A stretch of DNA of 61,741 nucleotides, counting the filler, from Syncephalis fuscata S228 (lineage: Eukaryota; Fungi; Zoopagomycota), in NCBI GenBank assembly GCA_025786725.1. It is 3 parts of 3 records of this genome, joined end to end, with 100 filler letters (N's around TTAATTAATTAA, not from the genome) between each part and the next. Parts side by side here need not be neighbours in the genome. Positions count along the whole stretch, not along the records: positions 46,411 to 61,741 come from JAHLTZ010000218.1; 2 more parts are not named here. One strand, written 5' to 3'. The notes below the pieces were generated by a model. The model worked only from the letters and a program-made list of their open reading frames with translations, was not told the origin of the DNA and did no database searches. The position numbers and the translations under genes are program-made. Within the stretch, counting starts at the first letter, position 1. Every line of letters begins with the position of its first letter. Shown here one piece after another: positions 54,649 through 61,741 of this stretch.

Positions 54649-57094
54649 ATGGGGAAATTCAAGAAAGAATCAAGCCGAGTGTCGCGCGACACGTCCGATC
54701 GCCCGGGCAATACCCGGCTAAAGGGCGAAAACTTTTATCATGACAAGAAGAAGGTGCAGTATTTGAATATGCTACGCGGTGGCCGTGCCGTACGTGATCG
54801 TGATGGCAATATCGTCAAAGCGGCCGCCTTCCAAAGCACCGAGGCACCTGTAGCACGCGTGGCACCCAACCGTAAATGGTTTGGTAAGTAAAATGTTTCA
54901 TATACTAAAGTGCATGGTATATTAATATTGAATACTGTTAGGTAATACTCGAGTTATCGGCCAAAAAGAATTGCAATCATTTCGGGAAAAGCTTGGTGAT
55001 GCTGTTAATGATCCATACCAAGTATTACTGCGCCGTAACAAATTGCCAATGGGCTTGCTTCAAGATGCTAAATCGGTAATAATATAACATTGGATAGTAT
55101 CTAATAGCTATGTATTAAACACGTATCTACTATTACGCTATTGTACCATTTAACTATTTAGGAGGCTCGTGTTCATGTTTTAGAGACGGAAAGTTTCTCA
55201 CATACATTTGGACCAAAGTCACAGCGTAAACGTCCTAAAGTACTTGCCGCTTCGATGGACGAGCTTTTAACGTCAGCTGATGATTTAATTGGTAGGTTAA
55301 GGACATAACAAATAGCGTAATTATCGATTAACCTATTAATTACTACCACATAGAAACCTATGATCAAACTAAAGATAACGATCTTGTTGCTAATAACATC
55401 TTTGATCATTTGGATTTGGCACGTGAATCGGTATTTCTTAAGGGACAGTCTAAGCGTATTTGGGGCGAACTCTACAAGGTTATTGATTCATCGGATGTTG
55501 TTGTGCATGTACTCGATGCGCGTGACCCACTTGGTACACGTTGTCGCAATGTAGAGACTTATTTAAGCAAAGAAGCTCAGCATAAGCATCTTATATTTGT
55601 ATTAAACAAATGTGATTTAGTGCCAACCTGGGTAACCGTAAGTTGGATAACTTTCATAATAGTCATTATCTTACATACAGTTATTCTATTAAATAGGCAC
55701 GATGGGTTAAAGTACTGTCAAGGGACTATCCTACACTGGCCTTCCATGCCTCAATCAACAATTCATTTGGCAAAGGTGCACTGATTCAGCTACTACGACA
55801 ATTCGGTAAACTTCATGCTGATAAGAAGCAAATCAGTGTTGGCTTTATTGGTTATCCAAATACTGGTAAAAGCTCAATTATCAATACATTGCGTAAAAAA
55901 CGTGTATGCTCTGTGGCACCTATTCCAGGCGAGACAAAAGTATGGCAGTACATTACGCTAATGCGTCGTCTCTATCTTATTGATTGTCCGGGTGTTGTCT
56001 ATCCTGACCCAAAGGATACTGAAGCAGATATTGTTTTGAAGGGCGTTGTAAGTGTTTGAGCTTTATAACGATATATCTATTAATGATTGTTGGATAGGTA
56101 CGTGTGGAGAATGTGAAGAATCCAGAAGATTATGTCGCACCTATGCTTGAACGTGTTCGACCCGAGTATATACGTCGTACCTACGATATACGTTCATGGA
56201 CGGATCACGAAGATTTTCTATCCAAGTTGGCCAAAAAAAGTGGCAAATTATTAAAGGTAGCTAACTAGATGGATAGATAGTATATGCAACTAAATGTTTA
56301 TTTGTATAATAGGGAGGTGATCCAGACCTTAGTACAGTAGCCAAAATGGTATTAAACGACTGGCTACGTGGCAAAATTCCATTCTACACTGCTCCACCAG
56401 AAGATGAAAAGCCAGCAAGTACTGAAGTAGAGCAGCAAGAGCAATCGACACTAGAAACAACTGATATGGAAATTACCGTTGAAAAGGTAATTATTTAATA
56501 TGGTTTATAGATTATATACTAATAAGTGGATATGTATAGGGCAAGATTGGTGTGGAGCAACTGTTCCGTAAAATCCAAGTAACATCTACTTTCTTGCCAG
56601 AAGATATGAAGCGAGAGGATGTTGAGAAGGAAGAAGAAGCCAAGGAGAAGATGGCCAAGGAAATGAAGCAAGCTCGTGAACAAAACAAGACTGCAGCCAA
56701 GATAGCAGCTGTAGAGAAAGAGGCTGATAACGACGATGAAGAAGATGATATTCCTGACTGGGATGAAGTATTTGGCAGTGTAGTAGGCGAAGAAGTGGCA
56801 ACACTCGGTGGAGTACCTGAACCATCTAACGATAGTTCAGAAGAAGAGGAGGAAGAAGATAACGATGAAGCAATGGAAGAAGACGACGACGAAGAAGACG
56901 GTAAACGACGCAAGACGGTAAAAGCACCGCGTATGACCACGAATAAGCAAAAGGTTGGCAAAAACTATTATGATACAGCCAATGTAAAGAACCGTAATCG
57001 TGATAAGAAGCGACCAGAAGATCCAAATAAATTGGCCAAGCGTCTAAAAGCGACCAGTGTTAGTGCTGAAGGCAAACAAAAGCGTCGTCGTTAG
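54649..57094 (+). CDS. NOG2: Nucleolar GTPase Nog2/GNL2
   Basis: NGP1NT region ([24 protein letters not shown]), [35 protein letters not shown] and DCPG. Confidence 0.96.
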
Positions 57095-57300
57095 AATTAT
57101 TCGTTCATTTAATTATAATTAAATCATTAAAGATTTTTATTTTTATCACTTTTATTTTATTTTTTAGCCAATTACGTTAATTGGCGTTTAAACAAACTGC
57201 TATCAGTGATTTGAACGTAACATTATTGAGCTACTTGTTTAAGAGCTTCTATTACTTAACGGCTATTTTCTGTTTTTTATTGATCTATACATTGGTCAAA

Positions 57301-58308
57301 ATGAGTAAACATCTTATTGCTATGACGCAGGAATCGCTGTCGATGCTTAAGCGCGAGAGCCAGCACAGTAAGTATATACGCTATTTATTATCTAGCTGGT
57401 TATCTATAACATTTATAATATATATAGTGTGGGATATGGATGTGGTGAAGCGTGTGCCTGAACAGCTGCTATTTCAATTTAGCAATGAAGTAGACTTGAA
57501 GAACTGGATTGTAGGCAGCGATAAAGATATTGGCGGTGAGTTGTTTATTGATGGCAATATAGAGCAATTTCTGTTTATTTATCATGAAAACTAGGATATT
57601 CATCGGCAATGTTTGACTGCACTAATGATGGTAAAGCGCGATTCCATGGCAATATATCATTGCAATTGCCGGAAAAGCGTAAAGATTTTATTCGAAGTGG
57701 CTATGCGGCCATTAGATCCAAGGTAGACTATTACGCGTATGCTATTCATTATAGCATTGCTAACTAATAGATTTACAACTGTATATTGTATAGGAAGCAC
57801 GCCATACACTATTGGGATCTGGTTTCTGGGATACAGGCATATTTCGCTTTCTAGCACTACGTGTACGAGGTGATCATCGTCGTTATATGGTTAATATACA
57901 AACCGATGGTATTATAAAGTCGGATCTTTTCCAGCATCGGCTTTTTCTACGCCGACCTGGTCATTGGGAGAATATTATTGTAAGTAACTGTGTATATGTA
58001 TATAGCTATTTAGTAATAACAAATATTGAATTGACTAGATTGGTTTCCGTGATTTTACTCAAACAAATAATGGCCTTATTCTACCAGAACAAATGCAAAT
58101 GCTACGTGAACGCGTAAGAACCATTGGATTCTCAGTTATGGATGGACAAGAAGGACCATTCTCATTGGAGATTGATTCAATCAGAATGATGAATACAGAA
58201 GATACAGATGGTGATGTCGATATTCAGCCAGATGTTTTAGATACATCAACAGACTATACTGCATCGACTAACAGTAATAATAGTAATAGTAATAGTAATC
58301 ATTTGTAA
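57301..58308 (+). CDS. CIA30: Complex I assembly factor CIA30/NDUFAF1
   Basis: WIVGSDKDIGGYS, RSGYAAIRSK, LALRVRGDHRRYMVNIQTD, DLFQHRLF and GPFSLEIDSI. Confidence 0.9.
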
Positions 58309-58610
58309 TCATTTGCGTATTAAAAATAAATCAATATACACATAAACACACATTATATAATAATAGAGCAATGTAGCAATATACTAGTAATTATCTCCAT
58401 TGGTAAATGCCCGTATGTTTATTCACGGACTAGATCAAACAAATAAAAACCGTTGGAACCACCTCCATACAATTTTCCTTTTAACTTGATCCTACAAATA
58501 AGTAGTGTGTATCCATCGACAAGTGTGTTTATAGATGTTATAGATCAAGATCCATGAATCTACAACCCAAGACTGTGGTGAATGCAGAATGCAAGCATAC
58601 ACGCACGCAT

Positions 58611-59492
58611 TTAGGACTCGAGGATATCACGGAGACGACGCACGGTACTGCGCACGGTAGCAGCAGCAGTCGTGCTAAATAACGACAACAAATAGAGTAG
58701 ATGCATAATGTATAAGTATCCTAACACTGGTAAGTGTATAACAAACTACTTACGAGACAGTCCAGGCACCACCGGCCATGGTCTTGCGGCAGGCACGGCA
58801 CTGCCAGATACCGACAGCTTGACGCTTCACGGCATCCTTACCGCAGAAAGTGCAGGTATAACGCGAGTGCTGCGTAATTTCCATCTTCTTGATCTGCTTA
58901 CGCAATGACGAACCGTAACGAGTACCGTACTTGCCGGTGATTCCGACCTTACGAGTGCGCTTGGCCTATTGACATACAATTTAAATACACGCGCCATTAT
59001 CATTATTAGTTACTGATATATAATATTAATTATAACCAATCCATATAATCCATGTCTATGCGGCACTATAATAGCGTATATCCACACTACACATATAGCC
59101 ATTTATGTTATATGCTATATACTTTACGTGATGCTATTAGCAATCAATATAAGTGCATATAAGCAATATTTATAGTATCCATTCCATAGTAGCAATCTAG
59201 CTTATAAATAGCCAATTACTGGCCCATTGTAATGTAGAACAAGTAAAAGAGCGAGTATAACAAGTCGCTAGACTTATGCTTAGTGTTTGACGTTTATCGT
59301 TGTCATTCTGTACTAAGCACTAATACTTTCGCTCGCTTTCTCCTTCTCCGTCTTATTCTACCACAACTACTGCTATTACAATAAGCCCATGGCTAAATAC
59401 ATCAATCGATTGATACACGGATGGATGGATGGATGCATAGATGGATGGATGCATAGACATGGATGCTGGATGATTCATTCAGTATTTACCAT
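58611..59492 (-). CDS. RPL43: 60S ribosomal protein eL43 (L37a)
   Basis: ATG-only exon at 59490-59492, intron 58966-59489, then [41 protein letters not shown], and a final exon [15 protein letters not shown]. Confidence 0.95.
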
Positions 59493-59891
59493 GGCGTCGA
59501 GTTAATTCGGTATCTTCCAAACGCGTTGGGTAGAACGGGGAAGAGAAAGGAGAGGAGGATTCTCGCTTTTGGGTGGTGAGTGGTGCTCCGTATGTGGCAT
59601 GCGAGTCATCCATCCCCATCACACTAATAAAACAGTTACCATTAATTACTACAATTGTTACAATTACTACAATTACTATTAATTAGCCATTTACTGGTTT
59701 TAATTGATATTACTATTTAATTATTTTAATGAATTACTTTTATTGGTGGATGCAACAACAATAATAATCATAATAATAACAATAGCAATTATATTATTAA
59801 CTAAATATCAAATACTATAAAAGTATTGGTATTAGTGGTGGATTTTAGTAAAAATAGATAGTTAAATAGCTGAAATGAATAAAGAAAAGTA

Positions 59892-61741
59892 TTAACGTCG
59901 TCTTGGTGTCTCAGGACGTTCTCGTGGACCACGTGGGCCACCTACATTACTACTGCTGCTATTATGATGAAGTTGTTGCTGGAAACTTGTAGCGCTTGAG
60001 GTAGGGCCATTATTATAGATGTCGGTACGGGCAATAGGCATGACCGGTGGTGTATATGGTGGTCGTGTTGATAAAGGATCATTGGCCGGTGTCGCTATCT
60101 CTGGTCTGGCTAATGATGGATCGGCCATTGTACTATTACTGTTACCGTTACTACTGGTCATGGCCATTGGTGTAGGCATCTTTAATGCTTCAGAAGCATA
60201 GGCTAGCCAACTAGCTGTTGCTTCAGATACTACACTACCCGCTGCCGGTGCAGGTGTATACGGTGCCGATATCTGGGAATAGCCACCCTGCAATGGTGGT
60301 TGTGATTGCACTTGTAGTGGTGATGATGGCTGCTGTAAACCGGGTATCGTGGGTTCTGGCATCGATAGTATCGGTGATTTATTAGCCAGTGGATCCGTAT
60401 AATTATTGCCGTAGGAACTACTGCCCGATGATGGTGTATGAGCATATCGGTTATATTTGGCCGATTGTAATGCTGGCTCATTCAATTCGGTAATCGTTGC
60501 TTGTTCACCACGTCCTTCAGCGACCCATTCATGCCAGCGTCTCATTGGAATGACATCTGGATTAAATTCATCGGTTTTGCCACTACCATCACCATGGCCG
60601 TGTCCATCGGGACCGTCAACTTTACGGGTGGCACCCCACGAGAAGTCATCAAAGTGCCAGAAAGCATAGAGTGGCAATACAAGATTCCAAATAGGCATAC
60701 CAAGTAAGAATACACCCATCCACATGACATAAACACCTTTACGCGTGGTAACAAGTACTAGGAATGCTTGTAGCATAAGTGTGGCACACATAAATAGCAA
60801 GGGTAGACCGACATCAGTACCGGCAATACCGGCGACAATAAGGGCCAGTAAGAATATAAATGCCGCCGGCAATACCACTGTACCAATCAATTCCATAAAT
60901 ATAATAAAATGCATCGAACAGCAAAAGATGCCACACAGTTCCGGTACTAGAATAAGTTCAAATAAATTATGAATGGTCGAGTTAATCCATCGTCGTCGTT
61001 GTGAAAGCAATACACGGAATTCATCCGGTACAATGGTGCGACAAACGGCCTTTGGTACATAGATCATTTTACGCTTAGGAAAGGCTCTAAGCATAAGTGT
61101 TGTCAAGTAGCGATCTTCACCGAGTAGCAATAAATTCTTCTTGTGTAATGTACTTGTATCGTTCGAGCTGTACATTTCTACAATATCCGGATTGGCCAAT
61201 ACAGGCACTGAATAGCCATCACATTTGGGTGCCTTAATACGATACATACAGAAACAACCGGGTAAACAAGTAACGCCGCCAAAGATCGATTCAAATGCTT
61301 TGCCTAAATGATGTGAAATGTAATACTCGTATACTTGAATCATAGTAACCCATGATTGGCGCTTATTAGCCACTCTTGTCTCGCCACATAGGCCCATGAC
61401 AGTGGGATCGCGTTCCATGGCAGCTACCATATAGCTAAGAGCATCGGGCATAACAAGTGTATCTGCATCGACCATCAGTACCATGTCGTATTTATCAGGC
61501 GTAACACCAGTCAATGCTCTAGTTTTTTCAATAGATCAAACTCGAGTGGTGACATACGTTCGTTGAATATAACTTTACGCATCCACTGCATTAGAATAAG
61601 CTGTGAGTCGCGTTTTCCACGATTGCCTGCTTAGCACCAGCAGCCCGTTCTTCAGTGTACCGCATTTAACAATAAGTAAATACGGTAAACGGATATCATC
61701 ACAGGCGTAATGACCAATATAGACTTGTGCCATATTATGTT
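59892..61741 (-). CDS. Chitin synthase, division 2 (class IV/Chs3-like), 3' part only
   Basis: [46 protein letters not shown] and WHFDDFSWG; Pro/Ser-rich tail without DEK-C. Three 1-bp deletions occur in 61530-61655. Confidence 0.9.

Overview
Eukaryotic, AT-rich, intron-dense fungal DNA with short GT-AG introns. The gene families suggest an early-diverging fungus such as Syncephalis/Zoopagomycota (inference only). The window is three unrelated contigs joined by artificial N-TTAATTAATTAA-N linkers (1-20199, 20300-46310, 46411-61741), so adjacency across linkers has no meaning. Contig 1 carries a PA-like-ectodomain/7TM orphan receptor gene and a myosin-motor chitin synthase. It also has a ~9.6 kb segment bounded by ~460 bp, ~97% identical inverted repeats with TA-flanked, outward-facing transposon-like ends. 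This segment encloses a large chromo-chromo-PHD-chromo-chromo-SNF2 (Mit1/CHD-like) gene whose ATPase motifs are all degenerate. Contig 2 carries a PRRC2-like fragment, CENP-L plus a rearranged partial duplicate, a frameshifted F-box-like gene, a 26-bp satellite nested in a degenerate TIR element, NOP14, NPL4, USB1, a Ctr copper transporter, an EI24-family gene and a second PA-7TM paralog. Contig 3 carries CHS7, a secreted XXP-repeat protein, allantoinase, a YbaK-like gene, NOG2, CIA30/NDUFAF1, RPL43 and the 3' part of a class IV-like chitin synthase. All calls come from manual reading; exon boundaries are approximate and no database searches were run.
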